The notes below the pieces were generated by a model. It was given only the letters and a program-made list of their open reading frames with translations. It did no database searches and was not told the DNA's origin. A DNA stretch of 64,000 bases from Tepidisphaera sp. (GTDB taxonomy: Bacteria > Planctomycetota > Phycisphaerae > Phycisphaerales > UBA1924), in assembly GCA_050916045.1 (NCBI GenBank), contig CP051526.1:384001-448000 (forward strand). Direction: 5' to 3'. This document shows positions 27,337-37,427 of this stretch, piece by piece (the first letter of the stretch is position 1; every line of letters begins with the position of its first letter). The position numbers were made by a program, and so were the translations under genes.

Positions 27337-29046
27337 TCAGTGGCGTGCGACCGAGCGGAATGAGAGGAGCGTGTAGGCGGCGAGACCGACGACGCCGGCC
27401 CAGAGCAGGATCAGACCGCTCTCGCCGCTTGAATGCGTGGTCTGTTGGCCGCCGGCGATGGTGATGTAGCAGAGAAGGGCGGGGAGAAACGACCAGAGGT
27501 AGACCGCGAGGGGCTGGCTGAGGGAGAGGCGGAGAGCAACGACCGCTCCGGTCACGATCATGAGCAGGCAGCAGACGGCCTGGGCCCAGCGTTCGTGCTG
27601 CTTGCTCGTGACTTCGTTCTGGAGGTCGCGTTCCTTGCGGCGGAGGTCCTCGGCGGCGTTCTTGACGGGCGTCGGATCGCCGCGGGTCTCTTTCGCGGTT
27701 GATTCGGCGGCGGCGAGCAGTTCGGGGACGCTCAGACGCTGCAAGCTCTCGAGGGTCTCGGCTTTGGGGCTCAGCCCGCTGAGCGTCCAGTCCTTGCGTG
27801 ATCCCTGCTCATCCTCTTCGCCGCCGGCACCGATGGCGACCATGCGGCCCTCGGGCGTCTCGAACTTGAACTGGAGGGCGGGGCCGGTGATCTCTTCCGC
27901 GGGCGCGGCGAGGAGCTTGAGCCCGGAAGCTTCCACCCGCATCGCGCCGCCCGATCCGCGAGCGTCGCCCTTGGCGGCGGTGCGGGCGAGGGGCGTCGTG
28001 GTCATGCTCTTGGGCGGGTTGACGCGATAGACGCCCGGCGGGTCGGCGGGGTCGTGCACGAGGCCGGAGGTCTGCACGGTCACGGTGCGGCCGTCCTGCT
28101 CGGAGAGGACGATGCGTCCCAGGTCGCGGGCTTGCTTCTCAAGGTCGTCGATCACGCGGAGCCGTGCGGTCTCGAGCGCGAGGGTGCGGCGGCGGCGCTC
28201 GATGAAGTTCAGGCTTTCTGGCTTGGTGCGAAGCTCGCGGAGTTCGCCGAAGGTGAGGAACTTGGGGTCGTCTTCGAACGCGTCGGGGATCTCGGCGGCG
28301 AAGGGCGCCGAGTCGGTACGGATCATCGCCCGGTCGCGGTCGCGGCCGACAAGGTTCTTGGCGCGGCATTCGACGCGGGTCATCGTCGTGGTCTGCGAGC
28401 CCGCGGGGCGGTCGACGCGCGAGAGCGTGACGTAGACCCATTCGGCGGTGCCCTGCATGACGGGCTTGTCCTGCCCATCGAACTCCACGACCACGGCTTT
28501 GCTGAGGGCGAAGCGCTCGATGCCGTCGTCGCGGCCGCTCTCGGGCTCGAGCCGGAGCGCATCCTCGGCATAGACAAGCCGGTTTCCCAGAGCGAGGGAT
28601 TCGCCCCGGTTGACCGACTTGACGAGCATGCGGGCGACGTCGAGCGTGATCATCTTCTGCATCGACCGCCAGAACCGCGGGATGACCTGCTCGTTGAGTG
28701 CTGCGAGCGAGCACGCGAGGACGAGGCCGACGACCACCGCCGGGATAAGGAGCGCCCGGTGGCTGATCCCGCTCGCTCCGGCCGCCTGGGCTTCGTTGTC
28801 GGTCGCGAGCCGGTGGTAGACGAGGGTCGCCGCAAAGCAGCTCGCGAAGGGCAGGGAGTACGCGAGCATCGGAAGGATCGTGTACGCCATGAAGACCGGG
28901 ACATCGGCGGGGGCAAGCTTGCCGTCGGCGAGGAATTTGATGCTCGCGGCGAAGCTCAGCACCAAGACGAGCACGCCCGTGGTGACCACGAGCAGCTTGA
29001 CCAGTTCGGCGGTGATGTGCCAGAGCAGAGTCGTCGGGAGACGCAT
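27337..29046 (-). CDS. LptF/LptG family LPS export permease (LptF-like, large periplasmic domain)
   Basis: LPMLAYSLPF...YHRLATDNEAQAAGASGIS, QHERWA; 3+3 TM layout. Confidence 0.83.
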   Translation of the reverse strand: MRLPTTLLWHITAELVKLLVVTTGVLVLVLSFAASIKFLADGKLAPADVPVFMAYTILPMLAYSLPFASCFAATLVYHRLATDNEAQAAGASGISHRALLIPAVVVGLVLACSLAALNEQVIPRFWRSMQKMITLDVARMLVKSVNRGESLALGNRLVYAEDALRLEPESGRDDGIERFALSKAVVVEFDGQDKPVMQGTAEWVYVTLSRVDRPAGSQTTTMTRVECRAKNLVGRDRDRAMIRTDSAPFAAEIPDAFEDDPKFLTFGELRELRTKPESLNFIERRRRTLALETARLRVIDDLEKQARDLGRIVLSEQDGRTVTVQTSGLVHDPADPPGVYRVNPPKSMTTTPLARTAAKGDARGSGGAMRVEASGLKLLAAPAEEITGPALQFKFETPEGRMVAIGAGGEEDEQGSRKDWTLSGLSPKAETLESLQRLSVPELLAAAESTAKETRGDPTPVKNAAEDLRRKERDLQNEVTSKQHERWAQAVCCLLMIVTGAVVALRLSLSQPLAVYLWSFLPALLCYITIAGGQQTTHSSGESGLILLWAGVVGLAAYTLLSFRSVARH

Positions 29047-29166
29047 CGGGTCATTGTTGGCGTGCGGCGTTCACTCCGCGTGGGCAGGGCGAAAGTCCTC
29101 ACGAGCCCGGCCCGGGGCGCGGAGTTCGCCGAGAATCGTGGCTCGCGAGGAGCGATGCGGCCGGCT

Positions 29167-30798
29167 TTACTTCCGGGAGACTTCGACTTTGCCGCCGGCG
29201 ACGTCCTTGATGGCCAGGCCCATCGCGGCGAGTTCGTCGCGGATGGCGTCGGAGGCTTTGAAGTCCTTGGCGGCTTTCGCGACGGCGCGCTTCTCAAGCA
29301 GGGCTTCGATCGCGTCGCTGGGGGTCGCGCCGGCGAGGTAGACGGCGCGACCGGTGGCGACGGCTTTGGCTTTCTCGCGTTCGAGGACGCCCAGAACGGC
29401 GTCAAACTCGCGCATGAGCGCGGCGTCCTCGGTGCCGGGGTTCTGCACGCCGCTTGCGAACTTGTTCACCTCGGCGATGGCGGCGGCGACATTGAGGTCC
29501 GCGTGCATGGCGTCGGCGAAGCGGAGCTTTGCTTCATCGCGGAGGCCCTGGCCGGCCGGGTTGGCCCCGGTGCCTGCCGCGACGCGGCGCCAGCGTTCGA
29601 CGATGCGGGCGGAGTCGGCCAGGCCCTGCAGGGTGAAGTTCGCGTTGGTGCGGTAGTGGGTCTTGATGAGCTCCAGGCGGATCGTCGCGGGTTCGAAGGG
29701 CTGCCGCGAGGCGTTTCCGGCGAAGAGGTCGCGTGCGGTGTAGAAGTTTCCCTTGCTCTTGGACATCTTCTGGCCCTCGATGAAGAGGTGCCGCGGGTGG
29801 AACCACATCCGGGCGAACGTCCCGCCCGCGGGGGAGGCGCAGAACGCGCACGCCGACTGCGCGATCTCGCACTCGTGGTGCGGGAAGATGTTGTCCTCGC
29901 CGCCGGAGTGCAGGTCGATCTGCGCGGGGCTTGCACCCGGCGTGGCAAGAGCGGCCGCGAGCCCGCCGTCGATCAAGCGCCGCGCGGCCATCACGGTGCA
30001 CTCGATGTGCCAGCCCGGATATCCCGCGCCCCACGGGCTGTCCCACTTCATGATGTGGCTCGCGTCTTCCTTCCAAAGCAGGAAGTCGGCGGGGTGCTCC
30101 TTGGTGGACTGGTTGTCGGCGGAGACGCGGCCACCCTCGCCCTCGCGGAGGTGATCGAGCGTGTTGCCGCTGAGTCGGCCGTAGTTCTCAAAGCTCTTGA
30201 CCCGGAAGTAGACCGCTCGCGAACCCGCCGGGCCCGCGGCGTACGCGTGTCCGCGCGCAATCAGCGCCTTGACCACCTCGATCATCCCGTCCACGTTCGC
30301 TGTCGCGAAGGGCATGACCGTGGGGTCCGTCTGCTGGTCGAGAGCGACCTTAAGCCCGAGCGCTCGCGCGTCTTCGAGGAACCGGTTCGCGTAGAACTTC
30401 GCGATGGTGTAAGGGTCTTTGGGGTCGATCTCGACGCCCGCGGGGAGAGCGCCGGATTTCTTGGCTTCGGCGAGGCGTTTGCCGGCGACGGCCATGCGGT
30501 CTTCGCCGTTCTCGCCGCCTTCGGCGTCATCGGTCATGTGGCCGACGTCGGTGATGTTCATGACGTGGGTGACGCGCCTGGGGCCGCGGTGCGGCTTGCC
30601 GTCAGGGCCGGTGAGCTCGCAGAGCGGGCTTTCGACGAACCGGCGGAGGACGTCGGCGGCGAGGAAGGACCGGAAGTTGCCGACGTGGGCGTCGTCGTAG
30701 ACGGTGGGGCCGCAGGTGTAGAACGTGACGTGGCCGGGGTCTCTGGGGGTGAAAGCCTCGGGCCGCTTGGTCAGCGTGTTGTAGAGCGTGAGGGGCAT
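29167..30798 (-). CDS. cysS: Cysteine--tRNA ligase
   Basis: CGPTVYDDAHVGN, GYPGWHIECT, FPHHECEIAQS, KMSKSKGN. Confidence 0.96.
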   Translation of the reverse strand: MPLTLYNTLTKRPEAFTPRDPGHVTFYTCGPTVYDDAHVGNFRSFLAADVLRRFVESPLCELTGPDGKPHRGPRRVTHVMNITDVGHMTDDAEGGENGEDRMAVAGKRLAEAKKSGALPAGVEIDPKDPYTIAKFYANRFLEDARALGLKVALDQQTDPTVMPFATANVDGMIEVVKALIARGHAYAAGPAGSRAVYFRVKSFENYGRLSGNTLDHLREGEGGRVSADNQSTKEHPADFLLWKEDASHIMKWDSPWGAGYPGWHIECTVMAARRLIDGGLAAALATPGASPAQIDLHSGGEDNIFPHHECEIAQSACAFCASPAGGTFARMWFHPRHLFIEGQKMSKSKGNFYTARDLFAGNASRQPFEPATIRLELIKTHYRTNANFTLQGLADSARIVERWRRVAAGTGANPAGQGLRDEAKLRFADAMHADLNVAAAIAEVNKFASGVQNPGTEDAALMREFDAVLGVLEREKAKAVATGRAVYLAGATPSDAIEALLEKRAVAKAAKDFKASDAIRDELAAMGLAIKDVAGGKVEVSRK

Positions 30799-30825
30799 CG
30801 CCGATGGTAGTAGGGGCCTGGTGCA

Positions 30826-30864
30826 AAAAGACCGCCGACCGCCGGAAGGTCCGGCGGTCGGCGG
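30826..30864 (-). terminator. Intrinsic terminator after the 30895-32661 gene
   Basis: CCGCCGACCGCCGG / CCGGCGGTCGGCGG long stem; minus strand continues TCTTTTT. Confidence 0.75.
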
Positions 30865-30894
30865 GAAAGGTCGTGTCGCTGAAAGTGCGGCTGA

Positions 30895-32661
30895 TCAGCA
30901 GCCGGCTTCGTACGCCTGCACGAACGCGTCGTAGTCGAAGAAGTCGGCGAAGTTGTCGCCGTTGTAGTCCGCCGTGCGGCCCGCGGGGCATGCTTCGCCC
31001 TCAAAGCACGCGACATAAGCGTCGTAGTCAAAGAAGTCGAGCACGCCGTCCCCGTTGAAGTCGGCCGAGCACGGGAAGCCGGCCGGGACCGGTACCGTCA
31101 CCGCGACCGATGAGCCCGTGCCGGGCTTGAACAGCGGGATCGAAGCCGCGCCGTCCACCGGGCCCGAGTTGGCCGTGAACCACATCGTGTAAAGCGTGCC
31201 CCAGCGGAGCGCGTTGGCGTTGGGGTTCTGTGCGAACGTCTGATCGACGCTCCACCCCGCTTGGCCGCTCGCGGCCGACCAAGCCCAGTCGTTGCCGTTG
31301 TATGGCTCGCCGGAGTGGTGGGGGACGTCGCGGAACCCGACGTTCGTGAAGGTGACGCCGCGGTTGAGCGGCAGGCGGAAGCCGGCACCGGAACGGTCCG
31401 AGTTCATGTTGCGGACGACGTACGTGTACGTCCACGTGCCGTTCCCGTTGTTGACGACCTTGGAGCCAACCTCGAACCGGCAGTCCAGATCGTTCTGGAC
31501 GTAGTCCGCGTTGGCGACGGTCACGGTCGGATCAACCTCGCGCCATGCCCACACGGCGGACTTCTGGCGGACGGTCGAGCCGGCCCACTGCGGAGCCGTT
31601 GTCGCGCTCGTGAACCGCATGCGGCGGTACGAAGCGTTGTTCAGGCCGTTGCCCCACTGGGCGTCGTCCTGCGTCACGTACTGGGCTTCGGCGAAGTAGA
31701 ACGCTTCCGCGTTCAACGCCGGATCGATCTCGGAGGTCAGCACCTGCAAGCGGCGGTCGATGGTCGTCGTCGGCGTCGGGCCGCCGAAGGGGTACGCGAA
31801 GACGCCCGTGGTCGCGTTGACCTCCGAACGCGGGCCCAAGCCGCCCTGGCTGCCGTTCAGGCCCGAGCCGTACGGATCCGAGCAACCCACGCCCAGCTGC
31901 GTCGAGCCGCCCGGCGGGTTGATGCACGTCGCGCACAGGTCGCCGTTCACCGAGGAGAACCCGTGCTTGACCCAGCTCTGCCCGATCTGCTCGAGGCGGC
32001 CGGCTTTGATGCGGAACATGTTCTGAGCGATGACGGGGTGCTGGTTGTTGTTGGCGATCCACTCGATGGGGAAGTCGCCGGCGTTGCAGGAGGTCGTGCC
32101 GACCGCGAAGGGGGTGATCCCGCCGACCGGGGTGTACCGGCCGACGTCGATCAGGTCGCCGACGATGACGTCAGGCCCGTCGGTGGGGGGCGGGGGCGGA
32201 TCCTGGAGAGCAACGCGGATGGAGTACGCTCCGGTCGCGTTGTTGTACCCGGCGACGCGGATCAGGTAGGTCACGCCGGCTTGCACCGTCGTCTGGATGG
32301 TGGACTGCGTCCCGCAGGCGTCGTCGTTGCAGACCAGCACCACCGCTCCCGGAGCGCCGCGGCAGCCCGTGTGCACCGAGAGGACCGTGTCCCAGTTCGC
32401 CAGACCGCAGGTGTCGACCACCAGAAGCTTGGTCTCGGCGGGCGTGAAGCTGTACCAGACGTCCGGGCTGGAGTTTGAATTGCCGCAGGTGCCCACGCCG
32501 TCGTTCGTGGAGCCAACCGTCGTGCCCGAGTAAACGCCAGGACCCGCAATCACGGTCGCCGTCGCGCACGAGTTGCTGCCGGCTTGCGCCAGAACGGAGC
32601 CTGCGGGAATCGCCGCGGCAAGGCCGGCGAACGAAACCAATCCAACGATGCGACGACTCAT
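30895..32661 (-). CDS. Secreted protein: PPC-like N-domain, Cys/His-rich uncharacterised domain, Gly-Cys dockerin tail
   Basis: Signal peptide MSRRIVGLVSFAGLAAA; DVWYSFT...DTVLSV...CNDD...YLIRVAG; GPDVIVG...GTTSCN...HPVIAQN...KHGF; tail ...FVQAYEAGC. Confidence 0.82.
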   Translation of the reverse strand: MSRRIVGLVSFAGLAAAIPAGSVLAQAGSNSCATATVIAGPGVYSGTTVGSTNDGVGTCGNSNSSPDVWYSFTPAETKLLVVDTCGLANWDTVLSVHTGCRGAPGAVVLVCNDDACGTQSTIQTTVQAGVTYLIRVAGYNNATGAYSIRVALQDPPPPPTDGPDVIVGDLIDVGRYTPVGGITPFAVGTTSCNAGDFPIEWIANNNQHPVIAQNMFRIKAGRLEQIGQSWVKHGFSSVNGDLCATCINPPGGSTQLGVGCSDPYGSGLNGSQGGLGPRSEVNATTGVFAYPFGGPTPTTTIDRRLQVLTSEIDPALNAEAFYFAEAQYVTQDDAQWGNGLNNASYRRMRFTSATTAPQWAGSTVRQKSAVWAWREVDPTVTVANADYVQNDLDCRFEVGSKVVNNGNGTWTYTYVVRNMNSDRSGAGFRLPLNRGVTFTNVGFRDVPHHSGEPYNGNDWAWSAASGQAGWSVDQTFAQNPNANALRWGTLYTMWFTANSGPVDGAASIPLFKPGTGSSVAVTVPVPAGFPCSADFNGDGVLDFFDYDAYVACFEGEACPAGRTADYNGDNFADFFDYDAFVQAYEAGC

Positions 32662-32891
32662 GGGGGTGCCTCCAGAAAGCACGGACATAGGGAGAGAACC
32701 ACAAACACGGACCGGCGAATGCCACGCCCGTGGCCCGGTCCGACCGAGCTCACAGAATACCGGCACCTGCGTCCTCAGGAGCACAAAGTTCCGGAATTTT
32801 GCCGTTTGCGGCCGCCGGGCCGACGAGGCGTGTCGCAAAAACGACACGTGAACAACCCAAACGAGGGTCGTGGTCGCTGGGGCCGTTCGGA

Positions 32892-34307
32892 TCAGCAGCC
32901 GGCTTGGAAGGCTTCCACGAATCCGTCGTAATCGAAGAAGTCCACGAAGTCGTCCCCGTTCACGTCGGCCGTCCGGCCGGCGGGGCACCCGAAGCCTTCG
33001 AAGCACGCGACGAACGCGTCGTAGTCGAAGAAATCGACGAACCCGTCGTTGTTGAAATCCGCGGTGCAGCGACGCTCGGTCCGGTACGCTTTGACGTTCG
33101 TGCTGATGCCCGCGACGACAAGCGTTCCGTCCCGGCCGATGGCGGGGGCTCCGATGTTGATGTTGGGGACCGCGACGGACCATCGTTCGCGAAGGTCCGG
33201 GCCAAAGCAGTAGAAGCGCCCCTGGGCGAATTCGCCGTTGGACACAAAGAGCTTGCCCTCGGCGTCGCAAGCCATGCGGACGGCTCCGAGCGGCGTTGCC
33301 AGCACGCCGGTGGATTCAAGCTCGAATCCGTCCGAGGCACGGAGCTTGCGGATCGAGTTGTCCGGGAAGGGCACGAAGACGGCGTCCTGCGTCGCGGCGA
33401 ACTCGGCCGCGTAGGTGTACCGGCTTGCGACACGCCAGCGCTCGACGATCGCTGAACCCGTGTCCGCGAACGCGTAGAAGAAGTCCACCGACGCGTTGTT
33501 CTGCACGCGGTTGAGATAAATGGTGCCGTCGGGGCCCACCAGCGGTGTGTTCTGAATCGTAAAGCCCGACATGAGCGTGCTCTGGTAGAGGAACGCTCCC
33601 GTTTCCGCGTCGAACTTCTTGATGACGTGCCCGCCCGGCACCACATCGGCGAGGTACACCGCTTGACCCGTCGCGTCGGGCGCGAGCGCCCCGCCGCAGT
33701 TTCCGCTGACCGAGCAGACGCGCGGCGTGGTCCAGACCGTCGTGCCGTCGGTCGCGTTGATGCGCCGAACCCACGACATGCTCGCGATGATCAGGTCGCC
33801 GTCTTCGGCGAAAACCACGCCGTCGTACGCGCCCGCGTTGATCAGCTCGGCGCTCTGCCACAGGACCGCGCCCGTGGCCGCGTTCAGGCAGTAAAGCCGG
33901 GCCGACACCGACGCTCCGTTGCCGGAACGGGCCGCGTACACCCGGCCGTCCCGCGCCCCGGCGACCCACGTCGTCCAGTCGCCGGAGTTCGCCGGGATGT
34001 TTGTCGCCCAAAGCTCGCGGCCTGTGTCCAGGTCCATCGCAACCACCGGTGAGCGGTTGGATTCGGGCGGAAAGCCCGTCTGCCGGACCATGAAGACCCG
34101 CGCCCCCTCGATCACCGGCTGCCACGCGATGATCGAGTTCCGACCACCCGACCAAAGCTCGGACGCCGAATCGGGGCCGAACTCGGCGGTGGCGCCGTTA
34201 CGCCCGGGATTTCCCCCGGCATTGGACCAGCCCTGGCCGCACGCGGACGCGGCGAGCCCCATCGATGTACCCGCAAACAGAAGTCTCATGGTCGAGGTGG
34301 TCGGCAC
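32892..34307 (-). CDS. Secreted PQQ-like beta-propeller protein with Gly-Cys dockerin tail
   Basis: Repeats AMDLDTGRELW, CLNAATGAVLW, RINATDGTTVW; GTG start after GGAGG; tail ...FVEAFQAGC. Confidence 0.85.
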   Translation of the reverse strand: MPTTSTMRLLFAGTSMGLAASACGQGWSNAGGNPGRNGATAEFGPDSASELWSGGRNSIIAWQPVIEGARVFMVRQTGFPPESNRSPVVAMDLDTGRELWATNIPANSGDWTTWVAGARDGRVYAARSGNGASVSARLYCLNAATGAVLWQSAELINAGAYDGVVFAEDGDLIIASMSWVRRINATDGTTVWTTPRVCSVSGNCGGALAPDATGQAVYLADVVPGGHVIKKFDAETGAFLYQSTLMSGFTIQNTPLVGPDGTIYLNRVQNNASVDFFYAFADTGSAIVERWRVASRYTYAAEFAATQDAVFVPFPDNSIRKLRASDGFELESTGVLATPLGAVRMACDAEGKLFVSNGEFAQGRFYCFGPDLRERWSVAVPNINIGAPAIGRDGTLVVAGISTNVKAYRTERRCTADFNNDGFVDFFDYDAFVACFEGFGCPAGRTADVNGDDFVDFFDYDGFVEAFQAGC

Positions 34308-34507
34308 GATTCAAGCCTCCGGTTTCGTGGAATCACGTCCACGGGCAGTCTACCGCATGAGGGCGCCAGATTGAACCTTGAATGAAGAGACGGAACGAGT
34401 CTTCAGAAAAAGGGAGCGCAGGCCTCCGCTTTCGGTTACTCTCTCGGATAGTCGGGTCCGACCCCCCAACTCGTGGAGCGGGCGGAATCCGTGCAGGAGA
34501 AGATGAG

Positions 34508-37348
34508 ATGCGTGCGATGAAAGCGGCTTTGGTCGCGGCGGCGGGTCTGTCGGCGTTGGTCACGACGGCGGCCAACGGGGATGTTCGAGTTCTGGTCCTG
34601 GGAGATGCGAGCGAGCCGTCGTGGCAAGCCGACGTGATCTCGAAGATCCAGGCGACCGGCCGCGTGGACGGTGTGATTGATTCGTTCAACAACGACGGCG
34701 GCGGCGTTCCCACGCTGGCGCAGCTGAAAAGCTATGACGTGGTCCTGGTCTGGACCGACAACGGTCTTGATGACGGCGTGGCGCTCGGAAACGTGCTGGC
34801 CGATTATGTGGATGCGGGCGGCAACGTCATTGAGATGGCGTTTGGCCTTTACGACTTCCCCGGCATCGGAATCCAAGGCCGGTGGAAGACCGGCGGGTAC
34901 GCGGCGATGACCGCCCCCAGCCAGCTCGGCTTTTCCACGCAGGGCATCGGGACGAGGCAGGTCCCCAGCCACCCGATTCTCGAGGGTGTGGGAGCCTTCT
35001 CGGGCGGCACTTCGAGCTTCCGTCTCACCGCGACCGTCACCCCGGGTAGCTACCTGATCGCGTCGTGGAACGACGCCGCGAACACGCCCCTCGTGGCGAC
35101 GCGGCACGTGAACGCCGGCAAGGTCGCGGGCCTGAACTTCTTCCCGGCCTCGAGCGATGCTCGTGGCGACTTCTGGACCGCCGGCACGGGCGGTGACATC
35201 CTCATCGCCAACGCGATCAACTTCGTCGCCAATAACAGCGTGGATGCGCTGATCATCGGCGCGGCGAACCCGACGTGGGTCGAGGAGGTCAAGGACCGGC
35301 TGCTGGAAAGCGGCCGCGTCGGCGGCCGTATCGACATCGTGAACGGCGCCGCGACGACGCCGACGGTCGGCGACCTTCGCAGCTACGACACGGTTCTCGT
35401 CTTCTCCGACGCCCCGTTCGCCAACTTCATCGCGCTGGGCAACAACCTCGCGGACTACGTTGATTCCGGTGGCGGCGTGATCGTTTCGACCTTCGCCACG
35501 GCGGACTCCCCCGGGTTCCACCCAGGCGGCAGGTTCGAATCCGACGGGTACAACCCCTTCTCGCTCGGAACGACCACCACGAGTCCAGTGACGCTCGGGA
35601 CGCGTTTCATCGCGGAGCATCCGCTTCTGAAGAACATCGGCTCCTTCGACGGGGGCACGTCCAGCTACCGATCGCAGGCCGCATTCCGTCCGGGCTCGGT
35701 GCCGATTGCTCGCTGGTCCGACGGCCTCCCGCTGGTGGCGGCGATGCCCGGCCGCAAGGGGCGCATCGCGGGCCTGAACTTCTACCCGCCCTCCTCCGTC
35801 TCCCGATCGGATTTCTGGAATCGCGGCACCGACGGTTCGGCGCTGATCGCCAACGCGATGAACTGGACGGCCCGCAACGACAACGACGTCCTCATCCTCG
35901 GGGACAACGCCGTCGGGAACGCGTTCGGCGACATCACGTCCAAGCTTCGTCCCGAGCTCGATGGCACGATTGACACTTTCGACATCACGACGGGGACGCC
36001 CGGCATCGCGCGGCTCCGCAAGTACGACAGCGTCATGGTTTACCTCTCCGTTTTCCCGGCGGAGTCGGACGTTCTGGGCGACCGACTCGCCGAGTTTGTC
36101 GACGGCGGTGGCGGCGTGGTCGACATGTTCGGGACCACGCTCTCCGGCTTTGCGATCGGCGGGCGGTTCAACAGCCAGGGTTACTCGGGCCTTCTCGTCG
36201 GCGGGAATGCTCAGCCCGGCACCTTGACGCTCGGCGCCCGACTCCAGCCGCTTCACCCCGTGCTCGAGAGTGTCGGCGAGGTCAACATCGGCGGACTCGG
36301 AGCGCACAACGCCGGAGGCGTCCGTCCGGGCTCGCTCCGCATCGCCGATCTCTCCAACGGCGCCCCCTTCATCGTCGAACGCGCCACCGGCACCGGCCGC
36401 GTGCTGACGCTCAACTTCTTCCCCGTTTCCAACGATGTCTTCCCCGGCCTCTGGCTGCCGTCCACCGACGGTGCCAAGCTGATGGCCAACGCTCTGGACC
36501 ACGTCGCTCGCTCGGATATCGAGGTGCTCAGCCTCGCGACCCAGGCGGTCGGTAGCACCCTGGAAGCCGACGTGCGCAAGAAGATCGAACGCACTTCCCG
36601 CATTCGTTCGAAGCTCGACGCGTTCGACAACCAGGCGGGCAATCCGCCGCGGGGCCTGCTCCTGGCCTATGACGCTGTGCTGGCCTGGTCGAACTTCGGC
36701 CAGCCCGACGGCGTCGATCTGGGCAACAAGCTCGCGGACTACGCGGACGCGGGCGGCGGCGTTGTGACGCTTGCCGGCCTTCACTCGGGGACGACCTTCG
36801 GCGCGACCGGCCGCTGGATCAACCGTCCGTACGGCGCTGCGGCATTCGGCGCTGGCGTCTTCCGCGAGCTCGGCGTCGGCATCGGCACGCGGCACTTCCC
36901 GGCTCACCCGGCCCTCGTCGGTGTCAACTCGCTGAACCTCGGCGACGGCATCCATGACTTCGCCACGACCTCCTCGATCGGCGTTCGCATCGCCGACCTG
37001 AGCAACGGCCGTCCGCTCGTGGCGGAAGCCAAAGCCTCCGGCGCTCGCCAGACCATCGCGCTCAACATGTTCCCTGCCTCGACCGACGGCATCGTCAGCG
37101 GGTGGGACGCCACGACCCAGGGCGGTCTGCTCATGGCCAACTCCCTGACCTACGTGTCCAAGGAGCGTCCGTGCCGTGCCGACTTTAACGGCGACGCCTT
37201 CCTCGACTTCTTCGACTACAGCGATTACGTCGACTGCTTCGAGACGGGCACCTGCCCGCCCGGACGCACCGCCGACTTCAACGGCGACGGGTTCGTCGAC
37301 TTCTTCGACTACGCCGACTACGTCACGGCCTTCGAGCAGGGCTGCTGA
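34508..37348 (+). CDS. Secreted protein of four tandem ~215-aa alpha/beta domains with Gly-Cys dockerin tail
   Basis: Four copies of YDxVLV...LGxxLADY/FxDxGGxV...HP...LNF/MFP...W...L(I/M)ANA/S; tail ...YVTAFEQGC. Confidence 0.87.
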   Translation: MRAMKAALVAAAGLSALVTTAANGDVRVLVLGDASEPSWQADVISKIQATGRVDGVIDSFNNDGGGVPTLAQLKSYDVVLVWTDNGLDDGVALGNVLADYVDAGGNVIEMAFGLYDFPGIGIQGRWKTGGYAAMTAPSQLGFSTQGIGTRQVPSHPILEGVGAFSGGTSSFRLTATVTPGSYLIASWNDAANTPLVATRHVNAGKVAGLNFFPASSDARGDFWTAGTGGDILIANAINFVANNSVDALIIGAANPTWVEEVKDRLLESGRVGGRIDIVNGAATTPTVGDLRSYDTVLVFSDAPFANFIALGNNLADYVDSGGGVIVSTFATADSPGFHPGGRFESDGYNPFSLGTTTTSPVTLGTRFIAEHPLLKNIGSFDGGTSSYRSQAAFRPGSVPIARWSDGLPLVAAMPGRKGRIAGLNFYPPSSVSRSDFWNRGTDGSALIANAMNWTARNDNDVLILGDNAVGNAFGDITSKLRPELDGTIDTFDITTGTPGIARLRKYDSVMVYLSVFPAESDVLGDRLAEFVDGGGGVVDMFGTTLSGFAIGGRFNSQGYSGLLVGGNAQPGTLTLGARLQPLHPVLESVGEVNIGGLGAHNAGGVRPGSLRIADLSNGAPFIVERATGTGRVLTLNFFPVSNDVFPGLWLPSTDGAKLMANALDHVARSDIEVLSLATQAVGSTLEADVRKKIERTSRIRSKLDAFDNQAGNPPRGLLLAYDAVLAWSNFGQPDGVDLGNKLADYADAGGGVVTLAGLHSGTTFGATGRWINRPYGAAAFGAGVFRELGVGIGTRHFPAHPALVGVNSLNLGDGIHDFATTSSIGVRIADLSNGRPLVAEAKASGARQTIALNMFPASTDGIVSGWDATTQGGLLMANSLTYVSKERPCRADFNGDAFLDFFDYSDYVDCFETGTCPPGRTADFNGDGFVDFFDYADYVTAFEQGC

Positions 37349-37374
37349 GATCGGTTGGTGATCAGGTCTTTCTC

Positions 37375-37408
37375 GAGGCCCACGGGTTTGAACCCGTGGG
37401 CTTCTTTC
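37375..37408 (+). terminator. Hairpin terminator between convergent genes
   Basis: GAGGCCCACGGGT-TTGA-ACCCGTGGGCTTC followed by TTTC. Confidence 0.65.
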
Positions 37409-37427
37409 TGCGCCCGTCGCCGCGGCC

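Noticed and set aside
37378..37401. GCCCACGGGTTTGAACCCGTGGGC as a REP element
   Set aside because: Single copy seen, no transposase, and it sits where a terminator is expected
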